Of a DNA stretch of 64,000 nucleotides, positions 40,140 through 53,040 are shown in pieces (position 1 is the stretch's first letter; each line of letters starts with the position of its first letter). Origin of the DNA: Vermamoeba vermiformis (taxonomy: Eukaryota). The translations under genes and the position numbers were made by a program. Where the stretch lies: the NCBI GenBank assembly GCA_045837725.1, contig JBEWZL010000221.1, positions 62,001 to 126,000 on the forward strand. Reading direction: 5' to 3'. The notes under the pieces are model-generated. The model made no database searches. It saw nothing but the letters and a program-made list of their open reading frames with translations, and was not told the origin of the DNA.

Positions 40140-40357
40140 ATTGTGCTTCGTTGCTTGCAAAAAAAAAATAATTTTATCCCTTTTTGTAACTAAACCCGTA
40201 AAGGCCCGGACAACGATGCTTAGGACTATAAATATATATATATATACGCATCATTTGCATATACATGATGAATGAACGCGAATAGGCAAAATTGTTTTGA
40301 AAGATCCTTAATTAACTACAAGAGAGTTGGTTCTATAATTATACAACGCTATTATAT

Positions 40358-41642
40358 TTAATCAGTCATCGCAGGGCCTAAAGTAATAACGCTGAATCCC
40401 ATGTCTCCATCAGTCTTCTCGATGAAATTGGTCTTAATGACACGCGCCGCATCCTGTCAGATCGATCATTAGTACACTTGCAACTATTATCTCTAATGAC
40501 TATAGATAGTATCTGTGCTTACGGCTAACAAGTTTTCAGTCTTGCCGTGATTGACGGGGAATTGTTTCGCACCGTCAAGTTCGTAGAGATGACCATCAAC
40601 AGCCACAAAGCAAATGAAATGGTGCTCGACATCAGCGTCGGCATCCGGAGCCTAACAATACTATGAGCATATGTATATATGATATAATACTAGTTCGAGA
40701 AAACGAAAAGATTGTCCATGTGCGGATCTTCCAAGAAAAATTTTCGTTGTGAGGTACGTACTTCGGTTTGACCTTTTGAGGCTACAACGTTATGAGCCTT
40801 GTGAATATTGGTGTCTCGTCCGAGTGCTTGACCCCTCTCAACAATTGACTTGCCTAATGTAGCAAGATAGAAGTTTTTGACGGCAGAGCTGTCGCCTAAA
40901 GTAAGCGGATCAGTTAAATTGCAGATCGAGCGGAAAAAATCTTTTAAATGTTTGCAACGTACTAATAGCCATATTATCAATATTGTTAGTCAATGCGTGC
41001 ATAACTGCAACGGTGCCGCAAGCATTGCCGACGAGCTGTTTCATGTAGTAAACCTTTGGGCTAATGTTTTGACCTTCTTTCTCGATTTTTTCGCGCTCCT
41101 TTGCCTTTTCAGATTTTAACTATAATATAATTAGTATAAGCTGCTAATATCGCATTACGCTTTGATTGAAGAATAGTAAGTAGTTTGGGTTGCGAGATGA
41201 CGCTTACCTTGTCGTAAGGGAAGAGCAAAAGAACAGCCAGGCAAGGTTGAGGAACCATAGCTAAAATTTAAAGCAATTAAACAATGCACAGAGCACGATC
41301 AGCAAGAAAAATTTATTCGAATTTGATAAAATTTGAGAAACAAATTTAGATAATTACCAAAAAATGCAAATATTATTCCTTACCTAATAATTCTTCATCC
41401 AAGCCAAAGCAATCGTGAAATTGCCAACTTTCAGCGACACCCAATTGGTGCATAAACTAAAAAAGACTTTCAGGACCATTGCTCGCAATTAATACCATAA
41501 AGATATTTATTGCGTATGTTAATTAGTAACTAACTATTAATAATAAAACTTTGCATATTAGTTAAAGACTTACGTCAGTCATAACTTCAGGATTGGATTC
41601 GAGAGGAACCCAGTACTCTTTTTCCGACTCTTGAATGCTCAT
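40358..41642 (-). CDS. Ubiquitin C-terminal hydrolase (peptidase C12, UCHL3-like)
   Basis: [27 protein letters not shown] (catalytic Cys), EHHFICFV (His), LYELDG (Asp). Confidence 0.92.
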
Positions 41643-41846
41643 GGTTACGTATTGCAGTCACTTAAATTGAATAAAATAAAACGTTCAAATTTTACAGCGA
41701 GGAATTTGAGATCTTGTCACGTGCTATTTTTGGGCTCAATTGTAGGCCCACAACCGCTTAAAATAAGAATGATTTATGTATGTACTTTACGCCCTATACA
41801 AAGAGCTACAGATTTTGAGGTATTATTAACAATTTTGAGTGTTGCT

Positions 41847-43386
41847 TTAGTTAATGTTGAACGCATCCAAGAAGCCAATGCCCAAGTTCTTACGAGCACG
41901 CACGACTACAGCGATGCAAATAACGGCAATGATGTTGACGTAAATGAAGAAGCCGCTGATGGTGCCCGAGCAGAAGTCAGAGCGGCACATAGGAGTACCT
42001 AGAATAGGAGATTAGTTGCTTGAAAAAGCGCGTGCCACATCCACAAAAAAAAACACCGTCATTAACGTAGCTTTACGTTTTGAAAACAAAAAATATTATT
42101 AATTCTAATATACGCGGTTTGTTATGTTATTTCATCGTATTGTAAGAAATTTAAGTTCGAGCAGCGTTTTTGTTTTTTTGGCTTGATAAGTGCCAGATAA
42201 ATTTGCTCCGTAGTCTAGATTAATGGAGGTAAGGATCGCAAATGATAATTATGAGTGAACTACACCCATGTACTAATGTTATATGGAAATTAATACTAAG
42301 GCTCGTAAGCTAAGCTATTCGCAACTAAAAAGTAGTGCGTGCCAAGATCTCGATCCCGACATTCCTAAATGACTTACCAGCAATGCTAAGAGCGAAGTAC
42401 AAGAACCAGAACAACACGCACATGATGCCAAACTCGAAGAACAAGAGCGTGAAGACGAAGAGTCCGACAGAGTTCTTGGTGCTGACCATTTTAGGCAAGT
42501 TGTCGCGCACACTCAAGAACAAAGCCACGGTGAAATAAATCATGCCGACCCAGCTCACAATCTCCCTATAAAATAGTAGTATTAATGATATGTCCGGAAA
42601 TCAAAAGTCAAACTGGAAATCGGAGTTTAATTATTTTGTGAACGAGTAACGGTCAAAAAAATTAATTGATTTTGTGACACGGTCAATAAGATATTTTCGG
42701 GTACTGCCGATAGCGTTGTTAAATGCACGTAATTTTTAAAATAAATCTAAAATAACGATTAATTATTAAAATTTAAAGGACTTCGTATAACATGACTGCC
42801 AGCCATAGATCTTATCGTTTTATCAGGTAATTTAATATGATAGGTTGTCGCGATAAATGGATCTGTATCATTTCATATAGTACTTCAACGTAAATAGCAT
42901 AACGTGATCAGATGGAAACGAAAAATTTTGAATCTTTATCGCGCTAATATCCAATAAATGGTAATTATGCAATACGCTACTTACCATATTAAATTGATTA
43001 AGAAGAAAAAGCCAGTAGTATTCAGCATCCATCGGTAGAGCAACGCAAACAGCGTAAAAATTAAAAGACCTCCTCCTTGCACGCCCATGCTGCAAAAAAT
43101 ATATTAATTAACTCAATTATTATTACGTAAATAAAATGCACGAAGAAGTTGCTTTAGCTGATAATTAATAATTTTAAAAATTTTAAATTGCGCATCTCGA
43201 TAACCTGTGCCATTTATTGTGGCTTAAAGTCATATTTTGACTGTTTGCTCGATAAATAAATACATACCTAACATTTCTTACGAAAGGAGTGTTATGAAGT
43301 CTTCCACTATCTAATTTTACATATTTCTTGATCTCAGCGAGGCCAAACTTCCGTCTGCCCGCATTAATATTCATAGCAGGGTCCAT
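41847..43386 (-). CDS. Multi-pass membrane protein of unknown function; 5' exon structure uncertain
   Basis: Spliced hydrophobic exons 42565-42378 and 41999-41847 encode 3-4 TM segments. Upstream exons at ~43090-42985 and ~43386-43268 are plausible but not firmly joined. Confidence 0.5.
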
Positions 43387-44074
43387 TTTTTAATATACTA
43401 TATATAACAGTGTTGGTGGTAATATAAATGTCGACGTAAAATGAAGTTGAAAATCTTGAAAACGTCGACAAACTTTATTAAGATTATTTCTGCCTTTGGA
43501 TCCGACGTCAGGAAGATACCTGCGGTCTATGCCATGTACTATATTTATATCTCGCGATGCAACTTATGCAATTCCAAGATCACGCGCACGGTTACAAGCA
43601 AATCGGAATCTGCGCTGGTTTTGCGAGAACAGATCGGTCGTCGGAACGAACGACAGCAATTTTTGAAGAGCTTAAACGCACTGCTTATATTGAAAAGCTA
43701 ATTTTAGGATTTGGCTCGGAGTCCTGGAAAGAAGTCACGAGACAAAAATTAATTTCTCGTTTCATTTTTCTTCTGCTTATTCACACATTTCAGAGCACAA
43801 GTCACGAGGCTAAACCGACGAGTGCCTTAGATTGAATGAATAGCTCAGCATTGTGTACTGCATAAAGTGTCAGAGGTACATCTCATCCCAAAATTCACCA
43901 CAGCAAGGTTTTCTTTGCAAGAAAATTTTCATTTTGATACCACGACTTATTTATAATAACAGTTAATATTCGTAAGTGCTTCTGCGATGTGCTTTGATTA
44001 ATTTTATTTTGCATCCCGTTACCGGATGAAATTGTTACGATTTACTAAATATAATATTTATAGTACCTTCTATC

Positions 44075-46901
44075 ATGGAGCCCAATATATGCAATGAAGC
44101 TGATCCATTTCTTCTGTTACCTGACGAGTTACTGGTGTCAACATGCTCCTACTTAACGAACGGAGCAGATCTTGCAAGGTATGTCACGCTTGAGCAATTC
44201 ATTTGCATCAAGTATGGTCAAAAAAGTATTAGGCAAAAGGATTGAGCTCTAAAAGATTTTCTTTCCATTTCGGATGCTTTTCAAAATGTAATAGATCCTC
44301 CAACTTAAACTTTGCAATAATTCTGAATAATATATACTACCATATTGACTCATATTCACCCGGCTCTAGTTTATGCAGTTTTGTGTTTCGTGTCGTATTA
44401 GAGCGGAAAAGAGCCGTTTTTCCATTCTTTCCGAAATTTCAGGCTTAGAATTCGTGTACGAATCGGATACGATCCGTGTCGCTCTATTCACTTTAATTAA
44501 CGCGAAGAATAGGCTGGAGGCATTTATTTCGATTTTTTATTATTTTTTTAACCATTTTTCCTTTTTAAGGCTGTCTTCTGCTTGCCGTCGGTTCCACCAC
44601 TTAACAAATGAAAAGATGATCTGGAGAAGGCTTTGTTTACGAAGAAATTTCTATTCTCGTGCCATTAACGGTGATTGGAAAGAATTTTATATCAAGAAGT
44701 TACACAAAGCCCCGTTATCAGTGAACAAATTGGCAATTCTAACAGCAGTATGTACAGGTCCATCTATATGTATTTGTAGCGTTACTAATAGTGGTATTTG
44801 CAGACAGGAAATGTTTTAACGTGCGATCCTGACGGATCAAATGTTTTGCACCTCACTACTGACGCGACCGCCGATAAGAAAGTTATGTACCAACAGGTAA
44901 GCTAATACTATAGTATTATAGTACTCGACAAGACTAATATAGTCATAGCCAACTTGGTCCCCGTTGAGCGATATAATCGCCGTGTCAAAGGTCAAAAGAA
45001 GCACGATGGAATATTTTGTGGTTTTATACAATCTCAAAGGCGAGATTGTTTACGAGACTAAAACGCGATACCCTGCATTTTATTTCTATTGGCATCCGGA
45101 TAACGAAAAATTGACCTTTTTGGCGAATTCCATCCCGAACACTTTATCGTTGTCCCTCATTGATTACGACGTGCCCTCGGGAAAAGAGACTGTTGATTTA
45201 TTAGAAACTGGACGGTAAGTTATATCCTTCTTGCCATATATGATATTATTATCCGGTATTAATAGTATTTAATCAGCCCGACGTTTTACACGTGGTCACC
45301 AAAAATCAACATCAACACGGATCTGGATGGTTACTTGTGTCATCTTTCGAGCCAAGTGCTCATATATAGACCTTGCAATAGTGATAGAAAGTTTTTGCCA
45401 AGCGCCGCGTTTAGAGCAAATATTAATGTTGAGGGCTTGGGCGAGCAAGGTATGGAAATTTTTAATAGTTTGACAACACAATCTGATTGTTTATCTCGAT
45501 GTCATTTAATTAATTGTAACACTATAGATCTATTTTTAATATTTACTTCGATAAATAGGCATTTATTCGGCACCCGTATGGTTACCCCAAAATTTCATGG
45601 CTACAATTGTTTCGGATCAAGCCAGAGAACAGCAACATTTGGTGTTACTTGATCCTGCTTCATTAGTGGACGTAATTCAAGGTCATAGAAATCCGAAAGG
45701 ACATTCACTGAATCATGTTGATGGATTCGTCCCTGGATCTGATCATCAAGCCTTCTCCGGAGTTGAATCAATGGAAATAGATAATAATATCTCAAATAGC
45801 AGCTCGAATTCGAAGAAAAGACCTGTTCCGTCAGATGACGAAAGCGACGAAGATGAACAAGAAAAAATAATCGAAATGTTGTCTTCATCCCTCGGAGTAG
45901 ACTTATCCGCGTTGCTTACCGCAAAAAAGAAGAGTAAGTATGATATATACTAAATATGCGCGAGTGTGGGCCAAACTCCGATCCACTTTTTTAAATTTTC
46001 GATCCTTTTTTAGGAAAGTGAATCTTTTTGTACTAGATTGAGTTATCGCCCAAAACAATACTAACCGTTACATGAAGAAGCGAAACGATCCAAAACTACG
46101 GGCGGCTTTGAAGAAGACGAGGAAGAAGAGATCCGGATCGACCATACTTTGCCCGTTGTATCTTTGCTTTCGAGTTGGACTTTTGCCGAGACGGAGTATA
46201 ATTATAGAGTATTTGATGCCATAGCGAGTCCTAATGGCCAATTCTTGGCATTTTTCCGAAACGAGCGGCTGGTGATCTGCAATATCAACCCGAAAGTGGA
46301 TTACGCGACCGTAGTCAAGCAATTGGAAGAAGAAATATTGCAGGAACAAATCAAGTTAATATCGAGCAACGAGAATATTACTAATCGGCAGCTGCTTACC
46401 ACATCCAACACCAATTTACAAAAGAAGAATCGAGAAATCCCGCCACCAAATCCAGCCATTGCGGAGATCTCGCCCGACGACTCGTATAAGCTAGATCGCA
46501 TCATGTCGTTCTGTTTCAGCCCTAATTCGAAGTACTTATTATCGTTGCACAAAATCGGAGGAATTTATCGTTGGCAGATCTACAACACGGAAACGGCGAA
46601 AATCTCAATTTATAGCTCGTTTAGATCCTGCGGCTACTTTGAGAGCATTTATTTACCTTTTAGTGCTCAATACTTCCAGGTAAGTCCGTTTTGAAAATTT
46701 ACCTAATTTGTCAAAACCGACAGATCGCATCAAAATTTAAGCTTTACTAATGCCTAATTGCAGTCCATGACTATATTCTCTCCGGATAGTCAGTTCTTTG
46801 TTTACCCAGCCGACAACAACATCTTCGTTCAGGAAGTTGAATCCGCAGCTTTACCTCACCTGGTTGGCCCTGGTGTTTTTGCTGCTTGGTCGAACAAATA
46901 A
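44075..46901 (+). CDS. F-box protein with TolB/WD40-like beta-propeller
   Basis: DPFLLLPDELLVSTCSYL...LAR|LSSACRRFHHLTNEKMIWRRLC. Repeats QPTWSP, FYWHPD, ASPNG, FSPNS, FSPDS, AAWS. Confidence 0.8.
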
Positions 46902-47028
46902 TGTTACATAGTAAATAAATAAGATATCGATTATCATTCATCATCTACGGAATTCATGAATTTTCGAGCTACATCTGCGATCGAACTTAGATCAAGTTTG
47001 AATATGAAGGATCTAGATAGTTTATTAT

Positions 47029-48211
47029 TTACATGTTTCGCGGTAGATCATATTTAGTCGTCATTAGCTCGTTTTTGACTCTGTACAATGCTGCAAGCCT
47101 GTTTTTTGTCGGTACATGGAACATCATTGCGCGCAAATGATTGGCCAGTAACTGAGCTTTAACTTTTGCATCGCTAAGCATAGTAATACGTTAATAACAT
47201 AATAATAGCGATAAATAAATTTGATAAAAAAGATCAATAATAAAACCAGTTTCAAGCGATGACATAAAAAAATTGTAAGTGTCATACCCCATGTCCCATA
47301 ATATTTCTTCATAATCCAATCTCGCTTTGTTCATCTCTATCATCGAGTTAAGGACTTTAGAACCTAATGTCTTGGCTGCAATCGCATCCGCTTTCGTTTC
47401 AATGTTGTGATGGTAAATTCCACTAGCCATGCAAAAACCAATTAGCGCCGGGAACCCTAATCCAGGTTTCTGCAAATAATGTTATTACCAAATAAGGAAA
47501 TGAAGGTTCGGACGTACTCTAACCATAATGACACCTGTACCGGCGATCAAAAGTAACAAGTTTACATTTAAGAACGAGTGATTCTCTTTGTAATGTGCTA
47601 ATTCGTGTCCTATAATTGCTTCGCGTTGTAATGCAAAAGGGCATATATCAGACTGAGCTAAAATCTCCGTTCGAAGCGGGATGGGGCTGTTTCTAAACAC
47701 AAATCCGACTATAAATTTACTGAACTCTTAATAATTAAGATATTTGAGTTACGTACGGAAAGGGCAATGTGGAGTCATCGTAGTTCATATCATCTGGCTT
47801 GCCCATGAAGTGAATCAATCCTCGTTTCAAGATCAATGCTGCACCAGTAATACTATCGGCCAAAAATTAATAAAATTATTTTAAAATATTCCAAACTATG
47901 CCATAATATTGTAATTTTATTATACGATGCTTAGTAATCGTAATTGAAAATTTTGTAAATTTTTTCAATTACCTAATTGCGGAGCCCAGGCATGAATTCA
48001 CGTTTCCCTCATATATTTTTATTCTCTTAATTTCTTCCTCGGGAATATTCATTTTTTGCATGATATTGGTGACTTCTGCGAGTTTTTCGGGATCTTTAAC
48101 TTCTGGCAGATTGCGACACTTCCATTGCGGAATGAATGCAGAAGTACTGAGTTCGTACGTGCTATAGGCAGTAATGCCTAGCAAAGATAGCGCACGAAAG
48201 AGTTGTGCCAT
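47029..48211 (-). CDS. M48-family zinc metallopeptidase-like membrane protein
   Basis: REAIIGHELAHYKENH (HExxH), two TM segments, IETKADAIA (third-ligand Glu) and C-terminal HVPTKNRL. Confidence 0.75.
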
Positions 48212-48274
48212 GAGCTAACAGAGAAAATTCGTTCTAATCAAAATTTATCAAAAGGTTATTTACAAACGAGATAG

Positions 48275-49767
48275 TTAGGCTTGCTGAGCTTCATTTTTCT
48301 TTTGGCCACCAGGAAACAATAGAGCTAGCTCTCTATTAGCTGTTTCTTCGTCATAACCAACGGATTTGAGAATTTCGTTCAACGGTGCGTGATCGCCAGC
48401 GAACTGTTCTTTGTGCTTATAGAGCACCTTGTCTCCGTGAGCGATCAATACACCGCCTAATTGACCGGCTTCTCCTTGAGTTTGTGCTGCAAATAAGAAC
48501 GATAAGAATTCGGAGCATGCTACATCCAAAACAAATCCGACAACGTACTTTGTCTGAAACCCTTTCTGTACGCAGTCCAAGCCTTTTTCCACATGCTTAG
48601 CGAGAACAAGGCACCGAACATGGTTTCTTTCTATATTAGAGATCGTTAGGCCGTCGTTCAAGATAGGATCAAGAAGACGATCGGTGTTTCGAAATTTACC
48701 TTCCAATCGAGAGCCTTATAAGAATTAAGATCAGGGTCCGTATATAATTTGCCTTGGAATTTCGTGTCGTTGACGAAGCCCTGCGCGTAGCGAACTGGAC
48801 CATTGCCAATGCAAACTAATTCGACTCCTTTCTGCGAAGAATTGAATTAAAATCCGTATAATAGGATAAATTAGTATATATATCTTACTTTATCCAATAA
48901 AGGCTTAATTTTGTTGACTTCAGCTGCTTCCTCGCGGCAAAAAACTGGATCCCGTTTCAGAAAAAATTGTATAATCACTTCATTAATATAAACTTACTGC
49001 ATCCGTAATGTCTTAACCAAATGGCTACCTATATTAACATATCCCTCTTCGGCCGGCCAATGCTTTTAGATAAAAATTATACAAAAATTCAGGACCTTTG
49101 ATTTCCGTTAATCGCCAGAAGAGACTGTAGTAAAAAAATTTTGTTGGCGATGTCCATGACAGTGCGCCACACCCCTGCGTGGACCAGATCAGCCCCGGAT
49201 CCGATCCACTTCCCCAAGCTTATTTCTTTTTTATCATTAAAAGGAAGCAATACAAGACTTGGTGAGCAGCCTAAGATTATAGGGGGTGGCCGGGCCCTAA
49301 CCCAGGGGCCCAAAGAGGTGCCCCCGAGCCGGGGACGGCCCCGGAGAACGGGCAGGATTTGGCAGCGAACGCCCGCAACTACAGGGCAGCAAGGAGTAGT
49401 GTTTATCAAAGATAAAAGACAGAGCGACGCGTTAAAGACCAGATCGTTTTTTTTTTTACTCGAAGAAATTCAGCAAAAACCTCCCTATAGCTAGGTGTAA
49501 ATAGCTTATAAATGCGCAAAAAAATGCCCAATTTAATTGAAATACCAATATCTTCGCCCGAAATTAATTTTTTTTCGTGCGCAGGGATCAAAGGGATATA
49601 AGAATTAATTTCTTTCTGGATTCCAGAAAGAAAAAATATTGTAGCCACTCTTGATAAAGACGATGACTACTTACAGTGGGCTTGTCCTTCCAAATAGAAT
49701 TGAGTTCGATTTTGGAACCGTCTAATGCTTGAACAAGGACGCCTGAGAGTTGTTTGTTGAGCGACAT
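48275..49767 (-). CDS. Peroxiredoxin-like 2 (AhpC/TSA_2, FAM213-like) redox protein
   Basis: SIWKDKPTV|VAIWLRHYGC|IFCREEA (CxxC) and QGEAGQLGGVLI...H...FAGDHAP. Confidence 0.85.
49043..49595. mobile_element. piggyBac-like non-autonomous element (553 bp) in intron 1 of the redoxin gene
   Basis: Ends CCCT...AGGG flanked by ATAT at 49039-49042 and 49596-49599. GC-rich core with hairpins. Removing it shrinks a ~645-nt intron to a typical ~90 nt. Confidence 0.6.
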
Positions 49768-50629
49768 CTGCCAAGTTGTTTTAGTTTGAGTGTTGCTGTT
49801 ATTTTAACAAATTAAATAAATAAATGCCTCGGCTTCTTTCGCTATTTTATGCTCCGTCTGTTCCGTTCTTCAAGAATAATCTCCGTGGATCACAATCGTC
49901 ATTCCAATTCTGGCGAACGAATCCAGTTACATCGCGTGATGTCTTCTAGGTCCAAATATTCAATCCTACTACCATATATGTACAATTGGTTGCACGAGAG
50001 CAACTCGTTTGAAGCTCGTCAAACACAACTGAAGTGAAATTAATCTTATTCTTTTGCGCATCTGACATGTTCGTTGCAAGTCACGTCAGAAACATATTAT
50101 ACTATACTATTATGCGTCGTTGATAAGGTAAATTATGAACAACATCCTACGTAGCTTTTTAGTTGAACGATCTGGTTCATCCAGAAATGTACGTATTTTT
50201 TAACGCATGTAAATACTTGAAAATGCTGTTAAACTATGATTATAATTTTGTCGCGTATAAAATTAATATTTGACTTGTTGCAAATTTTTAGAAATTAAAA
50301 TTGCATCCAAAAGATTCTGAAACAAATACTAGCCAAAATGAATATATTATACGGTTTTAATTATTTTGGATACGATATTTGGAACGTAATTAAGTAAACA
50401 ACTCACTGACCCGAAAGATCTGGAGATTTGTCGTTGGAAATTGTATGATCTTCGCCGTGTCCTCTGATGATCTTGCTTTGGTAAGTGATACTATCCATAT
50501 AACTATAATTATACTAACGGTCACAATAAGCGCTATTTTAAAGTGCCTCCCAAAAAAGGGAGGAAAATTGTACCGACAACTAGCCGAACAATTTTTTCTG
50601 GCTAGTAGCTTGATAGAGAACAATCAACG

Positions 50630-52941
50630 ATGAGAGTAGTTATATTAGCAATTATTCTCGCGTTAGCTATGGTCGAGGCCAGGGTTACGAACATTAGAAG
50701 CGAGATCCCGCCTAAATTCGAGTTACTCGATCGTGCACCGGCAGATCAAGTTCTTGAATTTAGACTAGCGTTAAAACAGAATAATATGGATATTTTAGAA
50801 GCAAGTACCACCGATGAAGCCTTAATCTCCTTTAGCCTTAGTCAGATCCATTTCTGAATTTTATTTTTAGGCTACTTTGCTCGATGTCTCTGATCCCGAC
50901 TCAAAGAACTATGGTAAATATATGTATTGATTATTATAACCGAAGTATTGGTTGCGAAAAAGCAACTTACTCTTCCATATTTTCTGCACTGATGTCCTTA
51001 TTTGTTTATTAGGCAAATGGTGGACAACTGAACAAATTCTCGATTTAATTGCACCATCAATCGACGAGATCAAGCCAGTTGTTGCATGGCTCAAGTCTTA
51101 CGGAGTGGACGAGATCGACGTCTCTGGTCGTGATTTCATCAAGGCAAAGGCTCCTATTGGAATAATCGAACAATTATTCCAAACCGAAATGCATAATTTC
51201 CAATCAAAAGAAACAGGTTTGTTTTCGGCAAACTGGATGCGCACCATGAAAATTATTTTAATAAATTCTTTCCAAATTAGGCAAAGTCGTGCCACGTGCG
51301 TTCGGAGAAGTTCACGTGCCTGATCATCTTCACGTAATTCAGTTTGTAATGGGTATCACGGAACTCGTTCCAAACTCGTATGTGAAGAGCAATGGTGTTT
51401 CGGATCTGAAGCGCCATGTTGAGCAAGATCCGCTGGGGTACATTTATCCCGGTATCATTCGAAAGATGTACCAAATCCCTACAGCCTTCAAAGTCAATCC
51501 AAAAAGCTCATTTGCTGTCGTTGAATATCAAAACGATACGTCCTACAATCAAGCGGATCTGACTATTTTCAACCAACAAATGAACGAGAACGCACGAGTG
51601 CAGAAGATCGTTGGACCTTTTTACCCTGATGATCCTGATGTTGAATCCACTCTTGACGTCCAGGTAATATTAACTTCTTCAACACTTCAACAGATTTGAT
51701 CTGTTGGATCGGATCAGAAATTAACGTCGTCGAAGAATTTTTCGTCGGTAACTATCATAGTAATGATTTTTTTAAATAGTACGGTTCTGCGATCGCTTTG
51801 AACACTTCGTTCTGGTTCTGGACAGTTGACCAATGGCTGTACGAGTTCGCTACTGATTTGTTCAATGCCAAGTCGCAGCCACTCGTCGTGTCAATGTCTT
51901 GGGGCTGGCCTGAAATTATGCAATGCGGTATGACTGCTTGCGTTAATTCATCGATGGGATCGTCATTGCAATACGTTCATAGAGTGAACAACGAGTACAT
52001 TAAGATCGGTTTAAAGGGCATCACTTTGCTCGCTGCTTCAGGTGATTTTGGTGCCGGTGGCGATGGTGATATTGGCTGCGCTAATATTTTGACAACAATT
52101 TTCCCTGGTGCTTCTCCTTGGGTCACTTCTGTTGGTGGAACTATGTTAATACCACCTTCGCAAGCCGTTCATGAACGACGCCAATCCAAACAGCAACAAC
52201 CGCCTATCTGCAGTCAGTAAGTATCACGTGATATTTATTTTATCAATTTTATTTCTTACGTTCAAACTTTAGAAAACAATGTGCAACTACAACGGTCGAA
52301 GGTGTTTCTTCTTTTCCTGGTAAGATTTTTATCCTTAATATTTTGTTCTTCTAGTATTAAGTATTACTATGTTTACAGCTGCACGTATTACATCCGGCGG
52401 AGGATTTTCAAATGTGAGTGATTTGCCCGGCTGGCAAAAAGACTATGTCAACGAATACTTGAAGATCGCGACGAATCTTCCGTACGGCCAATTCAAGCCT
52501 ACTAAACGAGGCTTCCCTGACGTAGCTGCAAATGCGCACAATTACTTGATCAATATCGCCGGCCAAGGGTTTATGTCTGTTGACGGGTACGTTTTGCGAT
52601 GAAGTTTATCAGATCTCAATTTTTATTAATTTTATTATGAAACCAACAGAACTTCTGCGGCGACTCCCGTGTTCGGAGCTATCATCTCGCTGCTCAATAG
52701 CTACTTGCTCAACAACGGCAAGAGCTCGATTGGCTTTGCCAACCCCTTGTTGTACAAGATGTACGCTGCTGACAAGACGACCTTCACTGACATCACCACT
52801 GGCAATAATTATTGCGCTGAAGCGTGTTGTGGCAATACTGGATATGTTGCCACGAAAGGCTGGGATGCAGTGACTGGTCTCGGTACTCCTATCTTCCCCA
52901 AAATGCAGGAGTACCTCCAAAAGAACGTTGTAAACAAATAA
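50630..52941 (+). CDS. Sedolisin/tripeptidyl-peptidase I (S53) protease, copy A, catalytically intact
   Basis: Signal peptide, pro-domain (LLDVSDPDSKNYGKW), ESTLDVQ, ASGDFG, FPDVAA, DG|TSAATP, GWDAVTGLGTP. Confidence 0.92.
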
Positions 52942-53040
52942 TAGAAAAATATATATTTGGTAATAAAATAAAAGTAGGTCAGGAAATTCTGGTTGTTTTG
53001 TTGTCTCGAGCAGATCGCCACAAACCTACGCGCAAATTCA

